From NCBI GenBank assembly GCA_964502815.1, contig CAZCXV010000006.1, forward strand, positions 1-43,631: a DNA stretch of 43,631 nucleotides, in the 5' to 3' direction. The notes beneath the pieces are model-generated. The model did no database searches, was not told the origin of the DNA, and worked only from the letters and a program-made list of their open reading frames with translations. Made by a program: the position numbers and the translations under genes. Below are positions 8,410 through 18,488 of the stretch, piece by piece; within the stretch, counting starts at the first letter, position 1; each line of letters opens with the position of its first letter. The DNA is from an uncultured Gammaproteobacteria bacterium (GTDB lineage: Bacteria > Patescibacteriota > Microgenomatia > UBA8517).

Positions 8410-10866
8410 TTATCTCCAACTGTTAAACCAATAATAGGAGTTGTCTAACCAAACTGGTATTTTTATACCTGTCCAGTGGGGAAAAAAGTAGACAAAAAAG
8501 ATTAGTCCTAATGCGCCATAAACCACAATATACTTAGGATACTTTCTCAGAGAGAAACCTGTTGCAAGTGCCAAAAATGGAACTGCAGGCAAGTAGTGGT
8601 ACAAAAACATAATTCTCGGAGACAGAGCCCAAGGAAGAAAGAGGGTGAAGTAAGAAAAAACAACAAAACCAAGTCTTTTGTTTTTTGCAATTAAGGTTTC
8701 GTACAAAACAGTAAACACCGCCACTACTCCACTCCAAAAGATAAACGGATTTCCAAAGGCATAAATATTGGCTACCATATTATTTACTACTCCACCGGTA
8801 TACAGCCAAATTGGCCTAATTAGAAATGGCCAAGAAAGAGGATTGGAAGTGTATGGATGAGTTGCTTTCAAATTGGTGTGATACCACCACATTTGTTTTT
8901 GCACTTCAATGAATTGACCCCAAGTGTGCCCCATCAAAAAAAATGGCAGATAGCTTAATAAATACACCGCAATAGGAAGTACTAAAAACCAAGCATAACT
9001 TAGAACCGGCGACGGGAATATTTCTTTGCCCTTTCTTTTAAAAACGAAGTGAGAAACAGCCAAAACCGGCAGTACCCACATTGTTGTCCATTTGGAAGAA
9101 GCCGCCAGACCAAGAAAGAGAGCCGACAAAAAGGTGTTGTATCTGCCTTTCTTTTTAATGAAAAAATAAATAGCCCCCAAGGCAAATACTAAAAAGTAGC
9201 TGTCATTCATCCCAATTCTACTCATTACTAAAGCCAAACCATCCAGTGAAAAAACGCCAGCTGACAGCAAGGCTGCAGCTTCATCCTTAAAAATTTCTTT
9301 TGCCAAAAGATAGACCAATAGGACAATAATTGTTCCAGCAATTGCTTCCGGCAACCTCCAAGCAAAGGAGTTCTCCCCAAGTATTTTCATTGATGTCCAC
9401 ATAGCAAGTTTAGCTAGTGGTGGATGTGTCCATTCATACGCGAATCCCTCGGGAGGAGTATTCCACCACTCCCAAGCTTTGGGGTCGTTATGGAGTAAAG
9501 TCCTGGCCGTAAAAGCATGGTAAACCTCGTCAAAATATTCTTTGGGAGGACTTGAGAGAAAAGCAGTTCTAGAAACAAAAGCAAAAGTAAGAATTGCAAG
9601 TAAGATTAGTTTTGTCTTTTTGGCAGTCAGACTAAAGCCAACCTTAGGAAAGAAAAACTCTTTTTCTTCTCTGTTTTCTTTGTCTAAGATATTTTTCAAC
9701 TTGGCAAATATTTTTTTAGAAATTGGGAAAATAGTGAGAAATAAAAATACAACACTCAATAAAGAAATTGCCGACGCAATTTCGGTCGTAAAAATTGCTT
9801 TAAAATTTTGGGTTATCCAAACAAAAGCATATCTAAGATTTAAGACGTAAACTAAAGACAACCCTAAATAAGGAATTATTAATGTCGGCAAGTAGGCCAA
9901 AGATATCGCAATTGGAGCAAGAGCCGGTAACAGATGCCTTTCGTGCATTCTAGTTAAAAATACAAAACTAGATAGAAGAACTATTCCCAATAACCTATAG
10001 TCAAACAACTTCTCTTCCTTCTTTTTATTCAAAATTGTCACTATGGTTGTAGCCAGGAAAAGCAAAATTCCAACAATTTGCAAAGGCACTATTCCCAGAT
10101 TATCAGGCTTCCACATACCAACTACTCCCCATAAATTAAAGGCGTTGACACTTGTATATGGGTATTGGTTTGCAGTTTGAGACAGCCTAGCTAAAATGAA
10201 CACAGGCAAATTCTTACCGTCTGCAAAAGGAATAAAGCCAGCTATAAACAAACTTGCAGAGATGGCTATATAAGTAAATATCTTTTCTAGTCTCCATTTT
10301 CTTGAAATCATTAAAAAGAAAATTAAGACCGCAATAAACCCAGCTTGAGGTTTAATTAAGGCGCCAAAAGCCAAGAAAACTGCAGAAAAGCCAAAGTTAG
10401 TCTGCAAAAAATAAACTGCCAGAAGCGAAAAAAGAGCCGTCAGTGAATCAACTTGACCCCATAAAGAAGAATTGCCAAAGATGGCTGGGTTAAAAACATA
10501 TAGGCAAGAAGACACTAGTCCCCAATTCTCGCCTTTCTCTTTTTTAACAATTTTGTAAATAAAATAGCCTGTAAGAATATCGGCCAGTATTGCCGGCAAC
10601 TTATACAAAATTACACTATCAATCTGGACTACCTCCCTTATCTTTCCCAACAACCAAAGGATATATAAATAACCCGGAAGATAATCAGACCAAGAATCAT
10701 AGAATCTGGCAAAACCTATATTAACCAAGTTATTACTCCAAGCAATAAAAGTATTGTGATCCAAGTAAAGAGTGCCAAAGTTAGCCATTAGTAGTCTGGA
10801 TGCAAAACCAGTTAGTAGAATCAAGAAGATGTTAGTAGTTATTTTTGGAAATTTAAAAGATTTCAT
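8410..10866 (-). CDS. Fused double GT-C glycosyltransferase: N-terminal GT-C module + C-terminal protein O-mannosyltransferase (PMT/GT39-like)
   Basis: N-half has DYLPGYLY, KLPAILAD, WGQVDS and RMHERH. C-half has YFDEVYH, EWTHPPLAK, SRIGMND and HPYTSNPLSWP. Start placed at ATG 10866, which overlaps the upstream stop. Confidence 0.82.
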   Translation of the reverse strand: MKSFKFPKITTNIFLILLTGFASRLLMANFGTLYLDHNTFIAWSNNLVNIGFARFYDSWSDYLPGYLYILWLLGKIREVVQIDSVILYKLPAILADILTGYFIYKIVKKEKGENWGLVSSCLYVFNPAIFGNSSLWGQVDSLTALFSLLAVYFLQTNFGFSAVFLAFGALIKPQAGFIAVLIFFLMISRKWRLEKIFTYIAISASLFIAGFIPFADGKNLPVFILARLSQTANQYPYTSVNAFNLWGVVGMWKPDNLGIVPLQIVGILLFLATTIVTILNKKKEEKLFDYRLLGIVLLSSFVFLTRMHERHLLPALAPIAISLAYLPTLIIPYLGLSLVYVLNLRYAFVWITQNFKAIFTTEIASAISLLSVVFLFLTIFPISKKIFAKLKNILDKENREEKEFFFPKVGFSLTAKKTKLILLAILTFAFVSRTAFLSSPPKEYFDEVYHAFTARTLLHNDPKAWEWWNTPPEGFAYEWTHPPLAKLAMWTSMKILGENSFAWRLPEAIAGTIIVLLVYLLAKEIFKDEAAALLSAGVFSLDGLALVMSRIGMNDSYFLVFALGAIYFFIKKKGRYNTFLSALFLGLAASSKWTTMWVLPVLAVSHFVFKRKGKEIFPSPVLSYAWFLVLPIAVYLLSYLPFFLMGHTWGQFIEVQKQMWWYHTNLKATHPYTSNPLSWPFLIRPIWLYTGGVVNNMVANIYAFGNPFIFWSGVVAVFTVLYETLIAKNKRLGFVVFSYFTLFLPWALSPRIMFLYHYLPAVPFLALATGFSLRKYPKYIVVYGALGLIFFVYFFPHWTGIKIPVWLDNSYYWFNSWR

Positions 10867-12757
10867 ATATTGAGATTCCTTGCCAATTATATATTTTTTT
10901 AACTCCTGATATAGAATCCAGTTTAGACTCTGCCTCGGGGAAGTGTAACTTTTCCTCATGGCCGAGATAAACATATCGAGCACTATATTTTTTGCTTGTT
11001 TTAGCAACAGTTTCATTATCAGCTTGTTTATACAATCTCTCCATATCGTTTACCCTAGAAAATACATTATCAACCCCAATATTATAGCCGTGGGAATATG
11101 GCCAGGTAATATAAGAGATTACTCTTAGTCTTCCACCTATGTCTGCAACTGGACTGTGAATGGTTGGCATTTCTATAAATACAGATTTATTCTGGGTATT
11201 TTCTCTTATCCATAGACCAACACGATACTCACTTTCGGAGTAAGCAACATTTGTGTTTAGATACCCCCAAGCCAAATTAAGTATTGAGGTAAAAATGCTA
11301 GAAACAACGAAAATAAAAAAAAGGGGAACCGCTAACCATTTGGGAAGTCTAGAAATGAAAACCGTTGACAATATGGCCAAGAAAATCACCAAATAATAAA
11401 AAAACTTAAACATATCTCCATCGTAGATGGTAAATTTCATCAAAAACGGTAAACTAAATAAAACAGCCGTCAATAAAAAACAACAAACCAAAGCTATGTT
11501 CTTGTAAACTTTTTTTGTTGTAATTGAAAAAGTTGCAAACAACAAACCCAAACTGAAATTCAAGACAATAAACTTCAAGTACCAATTGAGAGAGTGCTCC
11601 TGCCAAGCTCCCCACTTAAAAGTCTGGCCGAAAACTTCCATAATATTTCTGGTTCCAATTTGTGGATTTGGAAAAATTAGATAAAGAGACAATAGAGGAG
11701 AAAAACACAGGAACAAAAAAACTGCTGATTCTTTTAAATTTATTTTCTTTGTTACAAGATGTAAGAATGTAGAAAATAAAATCACCAAAACTCCGACCAC
11801 TAGCCCAAAGAGTTGAAATTTGTAAAGTGAAGCTATGATTATCCCGACAATAAGTGCAAACTTGCGGTCTTTGCCCTCGAAGAATTTAAATACAAACAAT
11901 GAGATGCTGGCTACCGCCGGCAGGCCAAACATCATTGGTCTGTTTTGCATAAAATAGTTTGAGACAGGAACCATTTGCAAGATACCGTTGTATTCATAGC
12001 CATAACCGTCTCTGACCAAGAGTGTCAAAGCATCACCTTTTGTAAGTAAATCTTTGAAAAAGTCGACAAAACCCAAGTTGCCAAAAAACACCGCAATAAT
12101 ACCAGCTATCAATGACAACCAGCTATTTTTCGTTAGCTGGATTGATAAATTGTAAATAGACAAGAAAAAAAGAGCCGCAAAAAAGGAATTGGTAAATGCC
12201 AATACTTTCGGGAAAAAATTACCAAAAAATGTATTTAGTATTGCTGAATGAAAATCAGCAAAATAATAATAGGCCAGCGGCACACCACTAAAATACGGTG
12301 CTTGAGGAGGAAAGTTTCCCTGGCTTATAGATTCAATTATTGACATATGCATCGCAGTATCCTGCCAGTTAGGGCCACTCATAACAAAGTGTCCATTAAG
12401 AAATGTAAATATTGCGGGATAAAGAGAAATGAAAAACAGTAGATAAACAACCATCATGAAAACTAATGCAACCAAATGTCTCCTTAAATTACAAAGTTCA
12501 ATCTTTTTGGAAAAAATTACCAAGATTGAGCCAATAATAACAATCACCAACCCCACAACTAACGTTAAACGGTTAAAGCCAAATAACGATCCCAATAAAT
12601 ATGATAAGAAACAGGAAAATATTACACTAATAAGGAAGTAAAGCTGAATTTTGATGATTCCAGGCAGTTTTGGGCAAAAAACCTCAACAAACAAAAAACC
12701 GGGTAAAAGGAATGCGTATCCAAAACCAAGCATTAAAAATATATAATTAGCAAACAT
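10853..12757 (-). CDS. Polytopic membrane protein, probable GT-C-fold glycosyltransferase
   Basis: NWQDTAMHMSIIESISQGNFPPQAPYF..PLAYYYF loop, many TMs, and a soluble C-terminal domain (WIRENT...YVYLGHEE). Confidence 0.65.
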   Translation of the reverse strand: MFANYIFLMLGFGYAFLLPGFLFVEVFCPKLPGIIKIQLYFLISVIFSCFLSYLLGSLFGFNRLTLVVGLVIVIIGSILVIFSKKIELCNLRRHLVALVFMMVVYLLFFISLYPAIFTFLNGHFVMSGPNWQDTAMHMSIIESISQGNFPPQAPYFSGVPLAYYYFADFHSAILNTFFGNFFPKVLAFTNSFFAALFFLSIYNLSIQLTKNSWLSLIAGIIAVFFGNLGFVDFFKDLLTKGDALTLLVRDGYGYEYNGILQMVPVSNYFMQNRPMMFGLPAVASISLFVFKFFEGKDRKFALIVGIIIASLYKFQLFGLVVGVLVILFSTFLHLVTKKINLKESAVFLFLCFSPLLSLYLIFPNPQIGTRNIMEVFGQTFKWGAWQEHSLNWYLKFIVLNFSLGLLFATFSITTKKVYKNIALVCCFLLTAVLFSLPFLMKFTIYDGDMFKFFYYLVIFLAILSTVFISRLPKWLAVPLFFIFVVSSIFTSILNLAWGYLNTNVAYSESEYRVGLWIRENTQNKSVFIEMPTIHSPVADIGGRLRVISYITWPYSHGYNIGVDNVFSRVNDMERLYKQADNETVAKTSKKYSARYVYLGHEEKLHFPEAESKLDSISGVKKIYNWQGISIYEIF

Positions 12758-13921
12758 ATGTATAAGATTAAACTTTTGGCAGGACTGTTCGTTGGACTAG
12801 TCTTTGCCATCTACTTTCTGACATCGCCTGGAAACACTCCTTTTGACTATTTTACCCGACTTGCAGACTCCTTTCTGCAGGGAAAATATTATCTAACTCA
12901 AAATCCTCCTTGGCTTTCAGAATTAATACCGGCTGGGCTAAATAAATTCTACGTGGTCTACCCTCCAATGCCCGCAATTATAGCTATACCCTTCAGGCTT
13001 CTATTCAAAGAAAAATTTGAACAGCAATACTTAGCGCATCTCCTTGGAGCAGGAATTGCTGGTCTAACTATACTTATTTCTTGGAAAATCAAAAAAGATA
13101 TCAAGATTGCCATTTGGTCTTCAATATTAATAGGTCTTGGAAGTATTGTCTGGTTTTTATCTTCTGTTGGCTCTTCTTGGTATTTAGGACAAGTCTCTGC
13201 CGCATTTTTTTTAACAGCCGCCATTTATGAATCCTTAAATAGAAAAAGGGTTATGTTTATGGGTGTGCTTTTTGGATCTGCAATCTTATCTAGGATTCAT
13301 CTGATATTTGCTTTTCCTTTCTTTTTGTCTGTTTTGTCTGGAAAAAATTGGTTTAGAAATTTTCTCTTTTTCGGATTTGGAACTCTACCATTTTTACTTT
13401 TTAACTTTTTCTACAATTATATCCGCTTTGGAACAATTTTTGACCAAGCCTATTTTATACTTCCCAAGTTATTAAGTGAAGAAAACAGACCATGGTTCAT
13501 CCATGGTGTTGTTAATCCAGTGTACATTCCAAATAATATTAGGGTGCTGTTTTGGAGTTTTCCTAAAATATTAAAATACTTTCCCTACATTCAACCATCA
13601 TGGGCTGGTCTTGCCATTTGGATAACTACTCCGGCATTTGTCTATGCATTCTGGGCAAAAAGTAAGGAAAAAATGAACTTTTTCGCTTGGTTGTCAATTA
13701 TCACAATACTCTTCATAGTGTCTTCTCATGGAGGAACAGGATGGTCACAATTTGGGTACCGTTTTGCTGTAGATTTTTATCCTTTTTTGATATTTTTAAC
13801 TATCAAGGGAGTTTCTCAAACCGGGCTAAAGTGGCATCATTGGCTGCTTCTTTTTATTTCAGTAATAGTTAATCTTTGGGGGGTTTTGTGGATCAATAAA
13901 TTTGGCTGGGTGGAATTTTAA
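12758..13921 (+). CDS. Polytopic membrane protein, probable GT-C-fold glycosyltransferase
   Basis: LADSFLQGK, YVVYPPMPA, YNYIRFG and QFGYRFAVD motifs; about 10 TMs. Confidence 0.65.
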   Translation: MYKIKLLAGLFVGLVFAIYFLTSPGNTPFDYFTRLADSFLQGKYYLTQNPPWLSELIPAGLNKFYVVYPPMPAIIAIPFRLLFKEKFEQQYLAHLLGAGIAGLTILISWKIKKDIKIAIWSSILIGLGSIVWFLSSVGSSWYLGQVSAAFFLTAAIYESLNRKRVMFMGVLFGSAILSRIHLIFAFPFFLSVLSGKNWFRNFLFFGFGTLPFLLFNFFYNYIRFGTIFDQAYFILPKLLSEENRPWFIHGVVNPVYIPNNIRVLFWSFPKILKYFPYIQPSWAGLAIWITTPAFVYAFWAKSKEKMNFFAWLSIITILFIVSSHGGTGWSQFGYRFAVDFYPFLIFLTIKGVSQTGLKWHHWLLLFISVIVNLWGVLWINKFGWVEF

Positions 13922-13929
13922 AACCCCTG

Positions 13930-15024
13930 TCACTTTATTAAGCCCTTAATCCACTCTTGCACTTTCTGCCAGTTGCCGTCTTTAGGTAGGAAAACATATT
14001 GATAATCTTGTTTTGGTCCAGGTTGTGGATTAATCAACAAGTCCTCCGGAAGTCCTTGAAAAATAAGATTGTTTCTAGCTTCAAAAAAGATCCTAGCTAA
14101 AACCATTAACTTGCCGTCTGGAATATCTGTCTCGATTGAATTTCTAATTTCCTCTGCGACCGCAAGTGCTATTTTGGAGTTGAGGTAAATATCTTTGCTC
14201 AAAATCTTTTCTTTGATCGCAGAAATTACTTTTTGCTGTCTATTACTTCTGGCTATATCTGTTCCTTCATCTCCCTCGGCGTGCCTTGATCTGACAAACT
14301 TTAGAGCCCTAGCGCCATCCATTTTCTGCCAACCCGTCTGAAATTCAACTGTTTCATACCTACACCTGTAGTCCTCATCTCTTAGGCCTTGTACTTGTCC
14401 ACACAACTGGGCTTCTTGTCCTGCTATTGGATAGAGAGTATCTGTAAAAGCGTTATCTACATACACATCCACTCCTCCCAAGGTATCAATAATTTTTTCA
14501 AAACCTGAAAAATCAATTATCACAGCATATTGTACAGGCTGGCCAACTATTTGCTCGATTGTCGATTTTGCCAGTGGCAGTCCTCCACCTTCCTGTTTTT
14601 TGTCTAAAAGAGAGCTTCGCTCATTTCCCCAGTAGTAGGCACTATTTAATTTTGCCCGAAGTTCGGCAATCCAGATATCTCTAGGTAAAGAAACCAAAAC
14701 AACTTTGGGGTTTTGGACATCAACTGAGGCAAACATAATCGTATCTGTCAGGTCTGGTGCTTCATGACCAACTCCTCCTTTGCCAAGAATGGCAATATTT
14801 ACCTTGCCAGACACACTTGGTAAAGAAGAAGTTGGTGCAAAGACAAAATCATTGGCGTAAGAAAGATACTTCGCAATTGGCGTAGGTGCCAAAAGTTTAC
14901 CAAGACCAATCACCAATAGGCCAAGAATGGAAAGCGAGAAAACAAGAGTAACTATTCTGGCAAACCAAATGTTACTTAAGAATTTTCTTTTGATTCTTGA
15001 AAACCAAACCTTACTTTTGGGCAT
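13930..15024 (-). CDS. LytR-CpsA-Psr (LCP) family glycopolymer ligase
   Basis: TDTIM, SLPRDIW, KLNSAY, IDFSGF, ALKFVRSRH and DIARSNRQQKVI motifs. Start is 15024 or 15051. Confidence 0.92.
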   Translation of the reverse strand: MPKSKVWFSRIKRKFLSNIWFARIVTLVFSLSILGLLVIGLGKLLAPTPIAKYLSYANDFVFAPTSSLPSVSGKVNIAILGKGGVGHEAPDLTDTIMFASVDVQNPKVVLVSLPRDIWIAELRAKLNSAYYWGNERSSLLDKKQEGGGLPLAKSTIEQIVGQPVQYAVIIDFSGFEKIIDTLGGVDVYVDNAFTDTLYPIAGQEAQLCGQVQGLRDEDYRCRYETVEFQTGWQKMDGARALKFVRSRHAEGDEGTDIARSNRQQKVISAIKEKILSKDIYLNSKIALAVAEEIRNSIETDIPDGKLMVLARIFFEARNNLIFQGLPEDLLINPQPGPKQDYQYVFLPKDGNWQKVQEWIKGLIK

Positions 15025-15051
15025 TTTCTTGGTATCATGACTAGTATCCAT

Positions 15052-16893
15052 ATGACAGATTCCATTTTACAAGACAACTTAAACAAAGAACAGCTGGAGG
15101 CAGTCAGATATGAAGGTGGGCCTCTTTTAATACTGGCTGGAGCAGGCAGTGGCAAGACCAGAGTCTTAACTCATAGGGCAGCTTATTTAATACTTGAAAA
15201 AGCTATTAAGCCTGAAAACATTCTCCTTTCAACTTTTACCAATAAAGCAGCTAGAGAGATGAAAGAAAGAATTGATCACCTTCTAGCAAGTTCAGGCAAG
15301 AAGTTTGACGCCAGTCCTTTTGCTGGGACATTTCATTCTTTTTGCGTCAGACTCCTTCGAATCGATGGCTTAAAGATTGGTATTGACAAATCTTTTGTCA
15401 TTTACGATGAAAACGACAAGAAAGAATCAGTAAAAGAAATTCTGGAGAAGCACAACTATTCAACCGACTCTTACAATCCAGGCTCAATTGCCAACCTAAT
15501 CTCCCAAGCCAAAAACCAAATGCTTACCCCTTTGCAATACTCTGAGTTTGCCAAGTCAGAATTTGATGAAGTAGTTTTTAAGGTTTACTCAGAGTACGAA
15601 ACCTACTTAAAAGATGCCCAAGCTTTGGACTTTGATGATTTACTTACTAAAGCAGTCAAACTTTTAGTTGAATCAAAAGAAACACTTGCCAAGTGGCAAA
15701 ATAATTTCAGGCATATTTTTGTTGACGAATGGCAAGATACCAACAAAATTCAATATAAATTGACAAAACTTCTAGTTGGCAAAAGCGGCCACCTAACAGT
15801 CGTCGGGGATGCGGCACAGAGTATTTATTCATGGCGCGGAGCTGACTACCGAAACATCAATAACTTAATGAAGGATTATCCAGACATTAAGGTCGTTAAC
15901 CTTGAACAAAACTACCGTTCAACTCAAGTAATTCTTGATGCAGCCAATTCAATAATCAAGAAAAACACCAATCATCCAGTTTTGAACTTGTGGACCGAAA
16001 ACGGTAAAGGAGAAAGAATAAAAATGTATCGGGCGAGAAATGGCCTTGATGAGGCAAGCTATGTAATTGATGAAATTAAGTCACTAAAAAGGCAAGGTTT
16101 TAGCTTAAGCGATTTTGCAGTGCTTTATAGAACTAATGCTCAATCCCGCGTCCTTGAAGAAGCAATGCTTCACATAGGCATACCATATACGCTTGTTGGT
16201 GGAACCAGATTCTATGATCGAAAAGAAATAAAAGACATTATTTGCTACCTAAGACTAATTGCTAACCCTAAAGATAGAGTCAGTATAAAAAGGTCAGAAA
16301 AAATTGGCATCAAAAGACATCAGAAGTTTTTAGAATTCAGGGATATCCTTGGGAGTTTGGAAAAATACACCACTCTGGAACTTCTGGATGAAGTAGTTAA
16401 AAGAATTGATTTTTTGAAACTATTTGAAAAGGAAACAGAAGAAAACATCCAGCGCCTTGAAAACATAAAGGAACTAAGGTCGGTTGCAACCGAATTTCCA
16501 GTTCTCCAGGAGTTTTTAGAAAACGTTAGCTTGGTTGAGGCAGAATCAGTGTCAGATAAATACGCCAAAGATAAAGTCACCTTAATGACTCTACATGCAG
16601 CTAAGGGACTTGAGTTTCCAGTGGTTTTCATTGTCGGCATGGAAGAGGGCATTTTCCCTCACTCAAGAAGCCTTTTTGATTCAAGTCAGTTAGAGGAAGA
16701 AAGAAGACTGGCATACGTTGGCATTACCCGAGCCAAAGAAATTCTTTTTTTAACTTTTGCAGGTAATAGACTATTTTTTGGTCAAAAAACTTCAAACCCC
16801 CCTTCAAGATTTTTAATAGATATCCCTGCTGATTTGATACAATCAGAAGATGGGGCCTATAGGGATAGCTCCGCCTATGATTCATCATGGTAA
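15052..16893 (+). CDS. pcrA: ATP-dependent DNA helicase PcrA/UvrD family
   Basis: AGAGSGKT, TFTNKAA, VDEWQDTN, LEQNYRS, YRTNAQSR, TLHAAKGLEF and EEERRLAYVGITRA. Short 2B region and no C-terminal domain. Start is 15052 or 15037. Confidence 0.9.
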   Translation: MTDSILQDNLNKEQLEAVRYEGGPLLILAGAGSGKTRVLTHRAAYLILEKAIKPENILLSTFTNKAAREMKERIDHLLASSGKKFDASPFAGTFHSFCVRLLRIDGLKIGIDKSFVIYDENDKKESVKEILEKHNYSTDSYNPGSIANLISQAKNQMLTPLQYSEFAKSEFDEVVFKVYSEYETYLKDAQALDFDDLLTKAVKLLVESKETLAKWQNNFRHIFVDEWQDTNKIQYKLTKLLVGKSGHLTVVGDAAQSIYSWRGADYRNINNLMKDYPDIKVVNLEQNYRSTQVILDAANSIIKKNTNHPVLNLWTENGKGERIKMYRARNGLDEASYVIDEIKSLKRQGFSLSDFAVLYRTNAQSRVLEEAMLHIGIPYTLVGGTRFYDRKEIKDIICYLRLIANPKDRVSIKRSEKIGIKRHQKFLEFRDILGSLEKYTTLELLDEVVKRIDFLKLFEKETEENIQRLENIKELRSVATEFPVLQEFLENVSLVEAESVSDKYAKDKVTLMTLHAAKGLEFPVVFIVGMEEGIFPHSRSLFDSSQLEEERRLAYVGITRAKEILFLTFAGNRLFFGQKTSNPPSRFLIDIPADLIQSEDGAYRDSSAYDSSW

Positions 16894-17819
16894 GTTCAAA
16901 GACAAACACACATCCACTTCAATCCCCCCAATGGGCGCAATTTAGACAAAAGTGGGGCAATGAAGTTGTCAAGACTCCATATGGCTTTGTAAATCTACAC
17001 AAAGTCCCATATCTAAATCTAAAGATTGGAACCTTCATCAGGGGTCCAAAACCAACCAAAGAGATGATTTCTTGGTTAACTGACTTTGGCAAGAAAAACA
17101 AAGTTATTTTTATCAAACTCGAGCCTTTCATTAAACAAGAGGAAAAACTCACCAGCAATCTAAAAACATGGGGTCTAGTTTCTGGCAAAACTCTTTTTAC
17201 TCCCTCCACTTTTTGGATTGACTTAACAAAGTCAGAAGAAGAACTATTAAAATCCTTTTCTCAAAAAACCAGATATAACATTAGACTAGCCCAAAGAAAT
17301 GGAGTTGAAGTTGTTGAAAATTCAACTAATGAAGGTTTTGAAAAGTTTTTAGATCTTCATTTTGAAACTACTAAAAGGCAAGGCTTTTTCAGCCACAGCA
17401 AAAAATATCACCGCTTGCTTTGGGAAATACTTAGAAAAGCAAACATTGCTCATATTTTGCAAGCCAAATACAAAGGAGAAGTCTTGGTTTTTTGGATGCT
17501 TTTTAGCTATGATGGTTTTCTTTACTATCCATATGGGGCTTCCTCGGACAAATATAAAAATGTCATGGCAAATAACCTAATGATGTGGGAAGCAATTAGG
17601 TTTGGTAAAAAGCACAATTTGCAAACCTTTGATCTTTGGGGCAGGGAGGAAGGCAAGGGATTCACTAAATTTAAGGAAGGTTACAATCCCCAAGTAGTGT
17701 ACTTTTTAGGAACTTGGGATTTGGTGATAAATAAACCAATATATTATGTTTATCGAATTGCTGAGTTTTTGAGATGGAAAATATTAAGATTAAAAATCAA
17801 ATTAAAGCCTTCCACATAA
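16887..17819 (+). CDS. FemAB/FemX-family peptidoglycan aminoacyltransferase
   Basis: HPLQSPQWAQFR, IRGP, IDLTKSEEELL, KTRYNIRLA, YYPYGAS, LMMWEAI and FKEGY motifs. Confidence 0.88.
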   Translation: MVSSKTNTHPLQSPQWAQFRQKWGNEVVKTPYGFVNLHKVPYLNLKIGTFIRGPKPTKEMISWLTDFGKKNKVIFIKLEPFIKQEEKLTSNLKTWGLVSGKTLFTPSTFWIDLTKSEEELLKSFSQKTRYNIRLAQRNGVEVVENSTNEGFEKFLDLHFETTKRQGFFSHSKKYHRLLWEILRKANIAHILQAKYKGEVLVFWMLFSYDGFLYYPYGASSDKYKNVMANNLMMWEAIRFGKKHNLQTFDLWGREEGKGFTKFKEGYNPQVVYFLGTWDLVINKPIYYVYRIAEFLRWKILRLKIKLKPST

Positions 17820-17827
17820 AACAGAAA

Positions 17828-18487
17828 ATGAAGAACATTTTTGAATCTTTGGAAACCTTTGTTGTTGAAATATATTTTTCTTCAAGAAACATTATTTATA
17901 GAACTTTTTATAAAATGACTCCCGAAGAATGGTTCATAGGACACAGGGGAAACATACTTTTGATTCCAGGGTTTAGTGAATCATGGCAAGATTTACTAGA
18001 AATTGGTAATTATCTAAACAAACTTGGCTTTAGTATTATTACTATGAACAAATTCAACAGTACGTTCCTGGGAGTTAAAGCTTGCAGTAAAAAAATAAGA
18101 GACTATATATTAGAAAACAATCTTACCGATTTAGTATTAGTAGGCCATAGTAAGGGTGGTATTATAAGTACCTTTTTATTAACAGATAAAAGTGTGAATG
18201 GAAAAATTACTAAAGTCATAAGTTTGTCTTCACCATTTAAAGGAACTCTTTGGCAAAAGTTTAGAAAATTGCATATCTCAGATATTTCCAAACTTCATTT
18301 AGAAAAACTCCTTTCTGCTGATCAGAAAAAGAAAATAATAAACATCTATTCTAAAACTGATCAACAAGTAATTCCCCATACCAGTTTAGTTCTCGAGGGA
18401 GCAAAGAATTATGAAGTGGACAGTCTGGGACATACATCGGTCATATATTCTCCCAAAACCAAGCAAATAATTTCAAACTACATTTAA
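17828..18487 (+). CDS. Alpha/beta hydrolase (lipase/esterase-like)
   Basis: LLIPGF, GHSKGG nucleophile elbow, SPFKGT, D-QVIP and GHT triad positions. Confidence 0.8.
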   Translation: MKNIFESLETFVVEIYFSSRNIIYRTFYKMTPEEWFIGHRGNILLIPGFSESWQDLLEIGNYLNKLGFSIITMNKFNSTFLGVKACSKKIRDYILENNLTDLVLVGHSKGGIISTFLLTDKSVNGKITKVISLSSPFKGTLWQKFRKLHISDISKLHLEKLLSADQKKKIINIYSKTDQQVIPHTSLVLEGAKNYEVDSLGHTSVIYSPKTKQIISNYI

Positions 18488-18488
18488 C

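Noticed and set aside
10867-11016. Long N-terminal extension of the double GT-C ORF (likewise the upstream starts at 3031, 17774, 27986, 37391, 42285)
   Set aside because: They overlap neighbouring genes or promoters; downstream ATGs fit coupling, -10 spacing or paralog alignment better.
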